This document shows positions 48,960 to 60,399 of a stretch of DNA of 64,000 nucleotides, one piece after another. Under the pieces are notes generated by a model. The model searched no databases and was not told the origin of the DNA. It was given only the letters and a program-made list of their open reading frames with translations. A program made the translations under genes and the position numbers. Every line of letters starts with the position of its first letter. Positions within the stretch are counted from its first letter, which is position 1. Source of the stretch: a virus; the IMG/VR virus record IMGVR_UViG_3300045253_000023, positions 64,001 through 128,000 of that record; one strand, 5' to 3'.

Positions 48960-49343
48960 ATGTCACTTCTCGCAACCGCAACAATCCATGCTGATGGTCT
49001 TGCAGATATCAACACGCTGACTCCAAAGTCAGCATGGGACAAGAAGGTTCCTGTTGCTGTCAAACTCACAGAAGAAATGGCTGAACTTAGTCAACAACTT
49101 CTCAAGGTCTTCTACTTCGGCAAGTTCGACAACGTCCAGCACATGTATGAAGAGACTGCTGATCTTATTCTCTTGTTGGACCAGCATCTGCGCATGATCG
49201 ACCAGAACCAGGTTGACAAGTGGGTTGTGTTCAAGATCAATCGATACAAGCAACGTGAAATCAAGCGCGAAGCACTGGTTACCAACAGGGAAATCAGCTT
49301 CATTGATGATGGTGTTGGCGCGGGCGCGAGTCACACGACATGA
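48960..49343 (+). CDS. MazG-like NTP pyrophosphohydrolase
   Basis: EEMAEL...EETAD. Confidence 0.7.
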   Translation: MSLLATATIHADGLADINTLTPKSAWDKKVPVAVKLTEEMAELSQQLLKVFYFGKFDNVQHMYEETADLILLLDQHLRMIDQNQVDKWVVFKINRYKQREIKREALVTNREISFIDDGVGAGASHTT

Positions 49344-50572
49344 TAAGAAGCACTGGACGACCAACCATCTGTGTGATTGGAGTCACCGTTGATCCATCTC
49401 CATTCTTCAAAACTGTTGGAGAGGACTGGGAAGAAAAGGACTTTGATGTGTATTCATGTGCCTCAGATTCCAATCTCAATCTGATCCTTGAGCAGTATGC
49501 TCCACAGGTGATTGTCACCATTGGCAACATCGATGACTTCAAGGAATTGATGAGTGCCACATTTGAAGTGCGCCGCCATTGGCTTCACTTTGAATCGCTT
49601 GAGACGGTCAACCCTGACGCAGTGTATTGGTGCTATGTGTTGTCATCCATTCCAATCGCTGAACCTGATGCTCCGCCGCTGGTTTCGGTGTTCACTCCTG
49701 TATACAACACAGGCACCCAGAAGTTGTTGCGCGCCTATGAATCACTGAAGAGCCAAACCTGGACCAATTGGGAATGGGTCATTGTAAATGACTATTCTGA
49801 GGACAGTGACACTCAGGAAACCATTCAAGAAATCATCACGGATTATCGCGTGCGCTATGTCAACATGAATGATCCATGCGGTCGAATTGGTGAGCTCAAG
49901 GCGCATGCGTGTCGCAATTCAAATGGGTCGATTTTGGTTGAGCTTGACCATGATGACATGCTGACACCAAACTGCTTGTTCGACATCGTCAATGCCTTCA
50001 GAGAATTCCCAGAGGCAGGCTTTGCTTACACTGACTGGGCTGAACGTTATGAGAGCCACGATGGTTGTCATTCCTATGGCGATCACTATGGCTTTGGGTT
50101 CGGCTCAGCGGTTCTTCAAGAACATCCTGACTATGAGAATCCTGAAATCACCCAGAAGCGCGAGTATCTGGTCCAGATTGCTGCTCCAATCAACCCAAAG
50201 ACCATCCGACACATTGTTGGCATGCCCAATCATGTTCGCGCATTCCGCAAGAGTGTGTATCAACAGATCGGAGGCTACTCCAAATTGAATGTGGCTGATG
50301 ACTATGAACTCATGGTCAGAATGTTCCTGGCAACGCGCATGGTCCATATCCCGCGTCTGGGATACATCCAGTTCTACAATGACAATTCCATTGGCAATTC
50401 ACAGAAGACTCGCAATGCTGAAATCCAGCGCGCGGTGAAGTACATTGCTGTCAACTATGAAGATGCAATCCATGCGCGCCTGACTGAGTTGGGCATTGAG
50501 GACTATGCTTGCAGCAACGTCAAACCAGCTTCTGAAGAACAAGCCAATCTCACATCCACTCTTTCTGATTGA
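49340..50572 (+). CDS. Glycosyltransferase family 2
   Basis: VSVFTPVYN, EWVIVND, ELDHDD, ADDYEL. Confidence 0.88.
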   Translation: MIRSTGRPTICVIGVTVDPSPFFKTVGEDWEEKDFDVYSCASDSNLNLILEQYAPQVIVTIGNIDDFKELMSATFEVRRHWLHFESLETVNPDAVYWCYVLSSIPIAEPDAPPLVSVFTPVYNTGTQKLLRAYESLKSQTWTNWEWVIVNDYSEDSDTQETIQEIITDYRVRYVNMNDPCGRIGELKAHACRNSNGSILVELDHDDMLTPNCLFDIVNAFREFPEAGFAYTDWAERYESHDGCHSYGDHYGFGFGSAVLQEHPDYENPEITQKREYLVQIAAPINPKTIRHIVGMPNHVRAFRKSVYQQIGGYSKLNVADDYELMVRMFLATRMVHIPRLGYIQFYNDNSIGNSQKTRNAEIQRAVKYIAVNYEDAIHARLTELGIEDYACSNVKPASEEQANLTSTLSD

Positions 50573-50585
50573 GGACATACACATC

Positions 50586-51164
50586 ATGGCCACACGTCTG
50601 ACATCCACTCACAAGCAACAGATCGTTTTTGCTGTATTGAATCATGCCTTTGGTTATCGCGAAGGCACAATTCGCACGCGCGAAACGCAGCTGGCACATG
50701 AGGTCTATGCCAAGCTGTACACACCAGAGCAACTCAAGCAAATGAATGATCTCGGCTCAGAATTCTTTCAACATCGAACTGACATCAACATCAGAATGCC
50801 CAAGAAAGATGGGTACAATGTTTGGTTGGAACTGAGGCTCGGTGGTTCCAAACCATTTGGACACCAAACACTCCAGAGAAATCTGGATTATGCTGATTTC
50901 GGAACTGGACTCCAAGATTCATTGGGCCAGCGCATAGTGGACTTCTACCATGTAACAGAAACCATTGGAAAGGAAAAAGAAGATCGTCGTCGCGAGCTCA
51001 ACAATGCTCTGGATGGTTTTGGCACACTGCGTCAGTTGCGCGAAGCATGGCCTGAGTTGGTGCCTGTGCTTGACAAGCTGGGTCTTGAGAACAAAACTCG
51101 CCAGCTGCCTGTGGTTGTCAATCGTAGCACTCTGAATGCTGCTCTCGGCCTGCCGCCCAAATGA
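50586..51164 (+). CDS. Nmad5-family protein
   Basis: RLT...I, T..QLREAWPE, LP.....LNAALGLP. Confidence 0.7.
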   Translation: MATRLTSTHKQQIVFAVLNHAFGYREGTIRTRETQLAHEVYAKLYTPEQLKQMNDLGSEFFQHRTDINIRMPKKDGYNVWLELRLGGSKPFGHQTLQRNLDYADFGTGLQDSLGQRIVDFYHVTETIGKEKEDRRRELNNALDGFGTLRQLREAWPELVPVLDKLGLENKTRQLPVVVNRSTLNAALGLPPK

Positions 51165-51364
51165 AGGTTGTAGGTTCTACACACCGCAAGAGTTGGCCAG
51201 GAGTCGTCAAGGCTCTTGGCCAAATTAAGCGATTGATTAAGCAGCAGAAACTGCCGCAAAGTTCTGTTGTTGTGACTCCAGGTTGTAACTATTGGAAGAT
51301 CGTCTGGAGTTATCAAACGCCTGAACCCAAGGACGAAACTATTTTACAAGTGGATGATTCTCCA

Positions 51365-51406
51365 AGAAATTTAGTGCTTGACTTTTGAGTTGAATGGGAG
51401 TAGAAT
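51365..51406 (+). promoter_or_regulatory. Early promoter cassette
   Basis: AAATTTAGTGC TTGACT-17-TAGAAT. Confidence 0.8.
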
Positions 51407-51786
51407 AGTTCCGTTGTTTCGACATTCACATCACTTACTTGAGAGGAACTTTGATCATGGGTATGCGCGTCTCAACCATTCAACAGAACATCGTCAGTGC
51501 CAATCTCAGCGAAAATGACCTGCGTGCGCTCAATGCCACAGTGGTTGGTTTGCTCCGTGCTCAACATGCCAACACAATTGTGAAGGCTGCTGTGCAGTTC
51601 CGTTTTGGTCAGTTGGTTCAATTCCGCAGCAAATATGGTCAACTTGTCAAGGGCAAGGTGCTCAAGATCAATCCAAAGACCATCGTGGTTGGTGTCACTG
51701 CTCCTGGCGCGGTCACTCCGTTCACCCAGAAGTGGACTGTCACACCGACCTTGCTCCAGGCCGCTGTTTAATTTCCCAGGAAATTC

Positions 51787-52455
51787 ATGGAATCCCAAGC
51801 ACACAACACCTGGTTCACTTCTGACACTCACTTTGATCACTTCAACCTGACAAAGTATTGCCCGCGCACGCGTGGTCACTACAACAAGGAAGGAATGACA
51901 AAGACTGCGGTGTCAGAAGCCATGACCAATGATATGGTTGCTGTGTGGAACAGCCGCGTTGGTGAGAATGACGTCGTGTATCACACTGGTGACTTTGCCT
52001 TCATCTATGGCAACGCCAAGGACAAGCTGCGTCATCTGATCTCGCGCCTGAATGGTCGCATCTTCCTGACGCTGGGCAACCATGATGAGGACATCATCAA
52101 CAATCGTGCGGCTCTGACTGGTCATCCAGATCAACCATCACACATTGGACGTTTTGCCGACATTCGCGACTATCGTGAGATCAACATCGCTGGTCAGAAG
52201 ATTTGCATCTTCCATTTCCCAATGGCCATCTGGCACAAGAACCACAAGGGTGCTTGGCACCTGTATGGCCATTGCCATGGATCGTATCCTGGTCATGGAC
52301 GTGGCAAGACCATGGACATCGGTTGGGATACCAATGATCTGGGAACAGATTGGGTGCCTGGTCCGATCTCCTTTGCCGCAATCAAGCAGGTGATGGACAA
52401 GCGTGCAATTGTTGCACTGGATCATCATGACCCTGGTGCTGATCATGACATGTGA
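51787..52455 (+). CDS. Metallophosphoesterase
   Basis: SDTHF.H, GDF, GNHD, HFP, HLYGHCH. Confidence 0.9.
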   Translation: MESQAHNTWFTSDTHFDHFNLTKYCPRTRGHYNKEGMTKTAVSEAMTNDMVAVWNSRVGENDVVYHTGDFAFIYGNAKDKLRHLISRLNGRIFLTLGNHDEDIINNRAALTGHPDQPSHIGRFADIRDYREINIAGQKICIFHFPMAIWHKNHKGAWHLYGHCHGSYPGHGRGKTMDIGWDTNDLGTDWVPGPISFAAIKQVMDKRAIVALDHHDPGADHDM

Positions 52456-52903
52456 AGAACATCCAGTCCTTCATGCATGGTGCGACAAGTGCAAAGTGTT
52501 TCATGCCACTCATTATTGCGAACGCTGTCGCAAGTATCATGAGTTTCATCCAACATGGAAGGAAACTGAAGAGATGGTGATTCAGCAAATGGCGAATGAA
52601 ATCACCAAGGAAATTGATGAAAAGGTGGTGCAATACATCATTGAAAAGGCACTCAACTCATGAAACGTCCAGACAACACACGATACTATGGAGGCGACGG
52701 AACCATCCATCGCACTGGTGAACTTGATGTTGAAGTTCATGAAGGCAAGGTGGTTGCTGTTTGGTTTCGTTGCGCGATGCTTCCATTTCGTCAATGCGAT
52801 TGTGATGCTGATCGCGCTGCATCCATGAATGCTGCGTACTCCGACAATGAGAAACTGTCAATTGTCGGCATCGATTTTGCCAAATAACCTGTGAGGATTC
52901 ATC

Positions 52904-53440
52904 ATGTTACTTAATGTCAATGCTTGGTACTCTCGTTCACTGATCGGTTGGAACAAACACAGCAGAAGTGATCTGATTGAAGGATATCGAGCACCCAAAT
53001 CGCTATGTCAATTGGTGCGTTCTTTGGTGTTCCTGTATTTTGGTGTCTTCACTGGATTGTTCTTGGTTGGTTTCTGGGTCGTGATGCCAACCATATTCAC
53101 CATTGTTTGTTTCATAACTGATCCTGCCACCTGGTGGACTATCAATCTTCAAGAACACACCAAGCTGTTTTCTAGCGAAGGATTTGTTTCTCTTGGCGCA
53201 ATTGATATTGGTGCTTCAATTGGTTTGGGAATCATCTTTGGTTTGTTTTGGTTGAGAGAACAGTATCGCGAATGGGCTTATCAACGCAGAATTGTCGCGC
53301 GTAAGCGTCGTTGGGCTGAGCTTGAAGCACATTATGAAGGACGCGATCCTTTGCCAAAAGAACCCAATATCATTGCTGAATGGTTGCGTTCAATCCACAA
53401 CAAGGTTTGCCCATCCATTGATTTTGTTGAGAAAGATTGA
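52904..53440 (+). CDS. Membrane protein
   Basis: Two hydrophobic segments; SLC and KVCP motifs. Confidence 0.6.
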   Translation: MLLNVNAWYSRSLIGWNKHSRSDLIEGYRAPKSLCQLVRSLVFLYFGVFTGLFLVGFWVVMPTIFTIVCFITDPATWWTINLQEHTKLFSSEGFVSLGAIDIGASIGLGIIFGLFWLREQYREWAYQRRIVARKRRWAELEAHYEGRDPLPKEPNIIAEWLRSIHNKVCPSIDFVEKD

Positions 53441-53493
53441 TTTTGTTGTGTTTCGCGCCTAAATAGTATGTTCAATACACGGAGCATGCTGTT

Positions 53494-53817
53494 ATGAGTG
53501 ATGATGTAACTGTTGACACAACTGTCCAAGTCAGTCCAACAAAGCGAAAGGATGGACACATCTCAGCTGGCCTGAGCGCGGATCAAACATTGTTTGAGCG
53601 CGTTCAGTCAACCAAGTTGTTGTTGGCATTCTTCATTTTCTCAGTTTCGGCCGTCTTCTGTTGGTTTGGTAAGATTGACGCCAAGGCGTATTCTGACATT
53701 GCTGCATGGGTCATCATGGCATATGTTGCAGGTGATGTTGGTACGAGTGCTGTTGATGCATTCAAAAGTAAATTCTCCAACAATTTCAACCACGATCATG
53801 ATAGTGATGGTAAGTAA
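53494..53817 (+). CDS. Small two-TM membrane protein (possibly holin-like)
   Basis: Two TM helices, after late-promoter-like CTAAATA. Confidence 0.5.
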   Translation: MSDDVTVDTTVQVSPTKRKDGHISAGLSADQTLFERVQSTKLLLAFFIFSVSAVFCWFGKIDAKAYSDIAAWVIMAYVAGDVGTSAVDAFKSKFSNNFNHDHDSDGK

Positions 53818-53880
53818 TTGATGTTTTGGAAAATTTAGTTTACGATTTCGCTTGACTTTTGATTCCAAACAGCGTAGAAT
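53811..53880 (+). promoter_or_regulatory. Early promoter cassette
   Basis: TAAgtaaTTGAT, GGAAAATTTAGT, TTGACT-17-TAGAAT. Confidence 0.8.
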
Positions 53881-54990
53881 AGGCTCCTCAGTTGAAGGAA
53901 TGTCTTTATGGAATTTCAGGTGTGGTATGAACAAAATTGTCCTGCCGTGAATTATTCAAGCTGTCGTGGAATATACAATCAATTGAAGAAAATTGCTGAG
54001 CAGGCTTGGATAGAAGCACGCCAACAAGGTATTGAACTTGGCTACAAGAATGGTCACTCTGAAGGCTATTCTGAAGGTCGAGAAGAAGGATATGATGCTG
54101 GTTGGAATGAAGCTGCTACTCATTTCGATGGCGATCAACCGTAAGGATTACATCATGTTCACACAAGATTTTAATACATGGGTGCGGCAAACATATCCAG
54201 GTGGTTTAGCCAGGACCGAAGAGGCTTTGGCACGCTCAGCCTGGGATGCAGGTCGTAAATCTGGATTGGATTGGGGTGCGCACATGGAACGTCATTCCGC
54301 AGCAATGCAGTTTGATGCCACTGGCAATCCACATCGCTCATGACACTCATTATTCACGTTTCTGATTCCTACCGTCCTCGTCGTAAGTCTCGACGTTCGA
54401 AGGGCAAGGTCTGTAGCAAATACAGACCTGAGTTTCGGCCTCTGAAACTCCATGCGGATAGTCCCTTCCGTCGCCCCGTATCTGATGCGGGCATCCCATC
54501 GGGCAGCGCAATGCTGACCGCAACATTCCCCGCCACTCCCCTTCTTCCTTCCTATGAAGGGGAGCTGGCAGCGCGGGAACAAGCTGCTCAAAAGGAATCA
54601 CAGAGGCGCAAGAAGATGGTTGCTCCAATGTTCAACAAGGGCGCATATGGCTACATTGGTGATGCACCCAAAGAAATCATCCAAGGTCTTGGGAGAAAGC
54701 TGTGATTGACTACATTGCTCTGGTTGAACGCCTGAACACGCTATGGATCAAGTCAGTCACCATCGACTTTGACAATCCAGGTGTTGTTGCGATCGAACTG
54801 CGCAAGCACATGGGTGAACCTGAATCTGTCATTCTGCACGTGTATCATGCGCTGCGTGGCAACCAAATCAGTCGCAACTCAGTTGAGTATGTTTCTCATG
54901 AGGGTCTGGTGTATCGAATCCGCATCCCCATGAGGAAATATCCAAAGCCTGCTGATCCGTTTCCTGAGATCAAGAAAGGCATTGAATAAA

Positions 54991-55206
54991 ATGATCTGTC
55001 ATTGCGGCCCATACGTCACCAAGGAAATGATTGCGAAAGCAATTGACGCTGGACCGCGCCGATCCGTATCTGATATTCGCTACTTGATAGGTGCTGATGA
55101 ACTTTGCGCCACCTGTCAGGCAACAATTGACACTCTCATTGAAAAGCAACTTCTGGAGATATATCATGGCAGTCCGAAACAAGAAAGTCAAGATCACCTT
55201 GACTAA
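54991..55206 (+). CDS. Bfd-like [2Fe-2S] protein
   Basis: MICHC..VT...I..AI..G...CATC. Confidence 0.7.
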   Translation: MICHCGPYVTKEMIAKAIDAGPRRSVSDIRYLIGADELCATCQATIDTLIEKQLLEIYHGSPKQESQDHLD

Positions 55207-56109
55207 CCGCAAGCGTCTCATTCTCGCCGCAGTTGAAGAACTGGCTTCCAAGCTGGTCTACACTGACCGCAAGAATGATCCTGATCTGTCTGTCAATGAT
55301 TTTGAATCGGCAATGGTGCTGGGTGAAGTACGCATTGGTGAGATCATCGATGTATTCAAAACCCGTCTTAAAGACGGACTCTCCCACCTGAACATTCCAA
55401 AGGAAATCAAACATGGCACTGCACAAACTCGCATTGAACGCCCAGATAAAGAGGATCGCGACGAAGTATCTTTCGATGGCGAAGTGCTTGACCTTGCAGC
55501 ACAATTTGCGCGAACTGGTGAGGGAAACAGCGATCGCCATGTTCATGATCCCGAATATTGATGAGACCACAGAAGCTCATCGTGATGCAAGGATCATTAG
55601 GTTGGCATTGGATCACCTAGCAACTCGCGGCGTCATTGAAAATGATGTTTTCTTCATGGAGGGTCAACCAAATGAATCCATTCGTCTATCTCTGGAATAA
55701 GCTGTTTGTTGAGCTCCATCCAGATTCACCACTCAATCCAGATCATACTGTTGCGGCCATTGAACGATATCACACGTTCTTGAATGACCAGCAGTTTGAT
55801 TCTGTTGTGAATGCGTTTGATGCAGCATTGATTGAGGCTGTGGCTCGACGCCAGCAGTTCAACCCAATCATTGAAGTGGATGGCATCCTTAGCCCTGAAG
55901 TCCAGCTTGATCTGATCCATCATTACCAAGAATTAGGCTGGAAGAGCCTGAGCTTCAATTTCATTCCACCACATTATCTGAACAAAGATCACATGTCTGG
56001 CAGAACCACCATCGCCTTCAACAAGGTCGATCCTGCCACTGTTGAGCTCACACCACCTGGGCCTGAGTGACATCGCCTAAGTATAGCACAACAGAACCAG
56101 GAACTTCAC

Positions 56110-56409
56110 ATGAAATTCAAAGCACATCTTGCGGAAGGATTCGCCAATTATCTCGGATACTCAGGTTCCGGAATGAAGTTGCCTCGTGATCGCCAGAAAG
56201 CTGGTGAAATGAATCAAGATGACGTCAAGTACATGAGCGTCGGCAAAGAAACAGACGTGTATGAGATTGGCACTGGCGACAAGAAATATGCCAAAGTGGT
56301 GTCCATTTTCTCCACGACTGGTGGCGGACATGCTGTCACTGTTCAACTTGCTGATGCCGATGGATACTTCAAAGGCAAGAAACTCACATACAAGATCGTC
56401 AAAGGATAA
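56110..56409 (+). CDS. Hypothetical protein, probably head-packaged
   Basis: MKFKAHLAE after CTAAGTA. Confidence 0.55.
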   Translation: MKFKAHLAEGFANYLGYSGSGMKLPRDRQKAGEMNQDDVKYMSVGKETDVYEIGTGDKKYAKVVSIFSTTGGGHAVTVQLADADGYFKGKKLTYKIVKG

Positions 56410-56491
56410 TATCGCTTTACTTCTTCCTGAACTTCAGGTAGAATATACATCACAATTGAATTCACGTCATCACGATAGGGAGTCTATCAAC

Positions 56492-57568
56492 ATGAACAAC
56501 AAGCCATATGATTTGGCCGTCTACATCGGCCGTTTTCAACCCTTCCACAATGGGCATCTTCATGCCCTACTCGAAGCCCATAAGTTGGCCTCGAAAGTCC
56601 TGGTGCTCATCGGCACCAGTGAATCTCCTCGCACACCCAAGAATCCATGGACATTCCAAGAACGCGCATCCATGATCATGAATGCTGTGGAAATCAGCAA
56701 TGCGCTGGTTGGCACTGGTGATCTTATTCCAATTCCACGACGCCTGAATGACTTCATGTATGATGACACCAAATGGGTGACTCGTGTTCAACAGGAAGTT
56801 GATGATTTTATTGAACAAAATGGTGATTTGCGAACAGGCAGAGCGCCAAGGATCGTCATTGTGGGTCACGAAAAGGACGCATCCTCATACTACCTGCGCA
56901 TGTTCCCGCAATGGGAATTTGTTGACACTGGCGCAGCCCAAGAGAAACCAGTCTTGGAAGCAACCAAGATTCGACAGCTGATTTTTGAAGACAACCTGAT
57001 GTATGTTCAGTCTGTTGTCCCGCCAAATGTATACACATTCCTGAGTGCCTGGTCATCCACCACGACCTATGATGGCGTGCGTGCTGAGTATGATCACTAC
57101 AAAGAATACAAGGCCAAGTTTGCTTCCGCTCCATTTCCACCCACCTTCCTCACCGCAGATGCCTGCGTGATTCAATCTGGACACGTATTGCTGGTGCGTC
57201 GCAAGAGAGAACCAGGAAAGGGATTGTATGCGCTCCCTGGTGGTTTCGTGAATCAACATGAGACCATGGAGGATGCGGCACTGCGTGAACTCATCGAAGA
57301 AACCAACATCAAGCTGCAACCTGATGTTCTCAAGCGTTGCATTCGCTATAGTAAGGTGTTTGATGCTCCGCATCGATCATTGCGCGGTCGAACTGTCACT
57401 CAGGCATTCCTGATTCGCCTCGATGATTCCAAGCCACTGGCCAAGGTCAAGGCAGGAGACGACGCTGAGGAGGCAATGTGGGTTCCATTCAATAACGTCA
57501 TGTCAATGCGTCCAGAGATGTTCGAGGACCATTATGACATGGTGTTCCATATGATCTCAAAGGCATGA
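56492..57568 (+). CDS. Bifunctional NMN adenylyltransferase/Nudix hydrolase (NadM-Nudix, NatV-like)
   Basis: IGRFQPFHNGH, KNPWT, SSYYL, Nudix box GGFV...ETMEDAALRELIEET. Confidence 0.93.
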   Translation: MNNKPYDLAVYIGRFQPFHNGHLHALLEAHKLASKVLVLIGTSESPRTPKNPWTFQERASMIMNAVEISNALVGTGDLIPIPRRLNDFMYDDTKWVTRVQQEVDDFIEQNGDLRTGRAPRIVIVGHEKDASSYYLRMFPQWEFVDTGAAQEKPVLEATKIRQLIFEDNLMYVQSVVPPNVYTFLSAWSSTTTYDGVRAEYDHYKEYKAKFASAPFPPTFLTADACVIQSGHVLLVRRKREPGKGLYALPGGFVNQHETMEDAALRELIEETNIKLQPDVLKRCIRYSKVFDAPHRSLRGRTVTQAFLIRLDDSKPLAKVKAGDDAEEAMWVPFNNVMSMRPEMFEDHYDMVFHMISKA

Positions 57569-57830
57569 TATATGATGTATCTAATCGTTGAAGATGTGAT
57601 TGTTTACATTCCTGGTGATGAACGTTCTCGTGAATGTCCTGGCCATGGATATTCTGCGCACACTGAGACATATAAGAATGTCATCATTTGTCACGACAAA
57701 GAAGGTTTGCTTGCACAGATAAAACATCGAGACAGATATCCAGGTGGCAAGCCATACAAGATTTACGAATGCAATCGCGAACTCAAGATTGTGAAAACAG
57801 TGGATTTTTGATGTCGCATGAATTATTTTC

Positions 57831-57890
57831 TAAGTGCTTGATGATTTGGAAAATTTAGTGCTTGACTTTTCAGTTCAATGGGAGTAGAAT
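57831..57890 (+). promoter_or_regulatory. Early promoter cassette
   Basis: Same cassette. Confidence 0.8.
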
Positions 57891-58667
57891 AGTTCCTGTC
57901 ATTGAGAGGAACCTTCGCAATATGAGCACCAAGTCTGAAATCAAAGCCTTCATCCAGGAAGCTGTTGAGTATCTCGCTGACAACTATGGTGATGCGCCTT
58001 TCTGCGAAGCTGCCATCGCCATGGCGCGCGAAGACGGTCGAGATCACTATCTGGCTGAGTCATGCTCGGCTGAAGAATTTGCTGAACTTTGTGCTGAATT
58101 CGCTGAACTTGAGGCTGGCACCATATGAAAATGACTTTCTTCAAGGCTGTGGCTGAGTTTCCAATGCGGGACAAGAAACCTGGCACTGAATTGTTTTATG
58201 TTGGCACTGGTTCTTGGCCGCTGACCAAGAACTTCCTCAATTCCAAGGTCTATCCCACTGTCAAGGCAGCTGACAAAGCATTGGCATCGTTGTCCAAGAA
58301 CTATGAAGGTTGCATTCGCACGTATGTGCTTCCATTTGAATTGGAGTATGACACGCTGAATGACACCGATCAAATGCGCGAGTTCGTTGCTGAATCCATG
58401 CGATATCCGCATTCTTCTTCAAACAACAAAACTGAATTCACAGTTACACCGTAACATGGGTGTTCATGCACATAATGGCACAATGCCTGGAGCAGTGACG
58501 CCGATCTGTAACAACTGCATGATTGCTCTTTGTTTTGACATTGGTGAACAAGAATACAAGGAAGACAAAGAGTTTTGGGACAATTGGGTCTGTCGCGACT
58601 GTAATGGCGGCGAACCCTTATCGCGCCATGTATGGCGTCAACAACACATACAAGAAGGAGTTTCTGT

Positions 58668-60104
58668 ATGACAAATCGCAATCCAATTCTATCCACCGAC
58701 AGCTACAAGTTTTCACATGACAAACAATATCCGGAAGGCACTGAAGACATCTATGCCTATCTGAGCGCACGCGGGAGCCGCGTTGCAGGCTGCAATGAAG
58801 TCGTGATGTTTGGGCTTCAACCCTGGATTCATGATCGCATGTGCACTCCAGTGACGCGCAAGCATGTTGATGATGCGCGCATGTTTTGTATTGCTCATGG
58901 CGTCCCATTCAACTATGAAGGCTGGAAGTACATTGTTGAGAAGCACAATGGTTTCCTGCCTGTTGAGATTCGCGCTGTGCCTGAAGGCACCGTTGTGCCA
59001 GTTGGTATGCCAATGGTCACTGTTCATGCCACTGATCCAAAATGCGCATGGTTGACCTGCTACCTGGAAACTGACATCATGCGCGCGGTCTGGTATGGTT
59101 CGACCGTTGCCACCATTTCGCGTCATTGCAAGAAGATCATCAAGAGATATCTGGACATCACTGCTGACAATCCGGAGCAGGAAATCAGCTTCAAGCTGCA
59201 TGACTTCGGCTTCCGTGGTGTCTCGTCAACGGAATCAGCGGAGATTGGCGGCGCGGCGCACCTGATCAACTTCATGGGCACTGACACCGTTGGTGGTATA
59301 ACGCACGCAATGGAATACTATGCTGCGGATGTTTGTGGGTTCTCCATTCCCGCATCTGAACACTCCACAATGACTTCCTGGGGTCGTGACAACGAAATCA
59401 AGGCATACTGGAACATGTTGGAGCAGTATGCTGGTCAAGGCAAAACATTTGCCATGGTCATTGATTCCTACAACTGGCGCGAAGCAGTCGAGAAGCTGTA
59501 CAACAGCGGATTCTTCGATGAGGTCAAGGCGCGTGGTGCCACCGTTGTGCTCCGTCCCGACTCTGGTGATCCAACCAAGGTGCCTGTTGAACTGATTGGG
59601 CAGCTGATGTTGCTGCTTGGATATGACCGAAATGGCAAGGGATACAAGGTTCTCCCTTCTCATGTTCGAGTCATCCAGGGAGATGGCATCACCTTTGAAT
59701 CGCTGGAACAGATTCTGATCAAGATGGTGCATCATGGATTCAGCACATCGAACATTGCATTTGGTATGGGTGCTGGTCTGTTGCAGAAGTGTGATCGTGA
59801 CACATTCAAGTTTGCCATGAAGTGCTCGGCAATTCAACACTTCAATGGTTTCTGGAGTGATGTGTTCAAAGACCCAATTGATGCTCCTGACAAGAAAAGC
59901 CTGCGCGGTCGAGTGACCACAATCAAGCATGTGGATGGCACCATGAGTGTCACCACACTGGACAAGCTGCGCGAAGAGCATCGCATCCAGATGACTGAAG
60001 AAGGCGACATGAACATGCTGAACGTGGTCTATGTGTTGGATCACAATGGAATGCGTGTCAAGTTCACCAACTTTGAGGCTATTCGTGCTCGCGCTGCCGT
60101 CTGA
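58668..60104 (+). CDS. nadV: Nicotinamide phosphoribosyltransferase
   Basis: TDSYKFSH..QYP, LHDFGFRG, PASEHS, RPDSGDP, IQGDG, FGMG. Confidence 0.93.
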   Translation: MTNRNPILSTDSYKFSHDKQYPEGTEDIYAYLSARGSRVAGCNEVVMFGLQPWIHDRMCTPVTRKHVDDARMFCIAHGVPFNYEGWKYIVEKHNGFLPVEIRAVPEGTVVPVGMPMVTVHATDPKCAWLTCYLETDIMRAVWYGSTVATISRHCKKIIKRYLDITADNPEQEISFKLHDFGFRGVSSTESAEIGGAAHLINFMGTDTVGGITHAMEYYAADVCGFSIPASEHSTMTSWGRDNEIKAYWNMLEQYAGQGKTFAMVIDSYNWREAVEKLYNSGFFDEVKARGATVVLRPDSGDPTKVPVELIGQLMLLLGYDRNGKGYKVLPSHVRVIQGDGITFESLEQILIKMVHHGFSTSNIAFGMGAGLLQKCDRDTFKFAMKCSAIQHFNGFWSDVFKDPIDAPDKKSLRGRVTTIKHVDGTMSVTTLDKLREEHRIQMTEEGDMNMLNVVYVLDHNGMRVKFTNFEAIRARAAV

Positions 60105-60129
60105 GCGCACCTAAATAGAAAGAGGATAC

Positions 60130-60372
60130 ATGAGAAGAGTTCTGTTGCTGGTTTTGTTATTGGTGCTGCAAAGCATCTACGCTGCTGATGCTGGTCTGGT
60201 GATCAGTATTCCACCAGAGATGGTCGATTCCATTCTCAAGTGGCGTGTGGCAAACGGGCTGGACGTTCCATTAAAACAAGCACCAGCGCAGAACGTTCTC
60301 ATGAACAACGAAATTCACACCAAGATGGTTGATCAAACAGGAAGAGTTGTTTTCATCACCACCTCAGTGTAA
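60130..60372 (+). CDS. Small secreted protein
   Basis: Signal peptide; CTAAATA upstream. Confidence 0.55.
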   Translation: MRRVLLLVLLLVLQSIYAADAGLVISIPPEMVDSILKWRVANGLDVPLKQAPAQNVLMNNEIHTKMVDQTGRVVFITTSV

Positions 60373-60399
60373 ACCCTATTGACGTCTGCCCATGCTATG

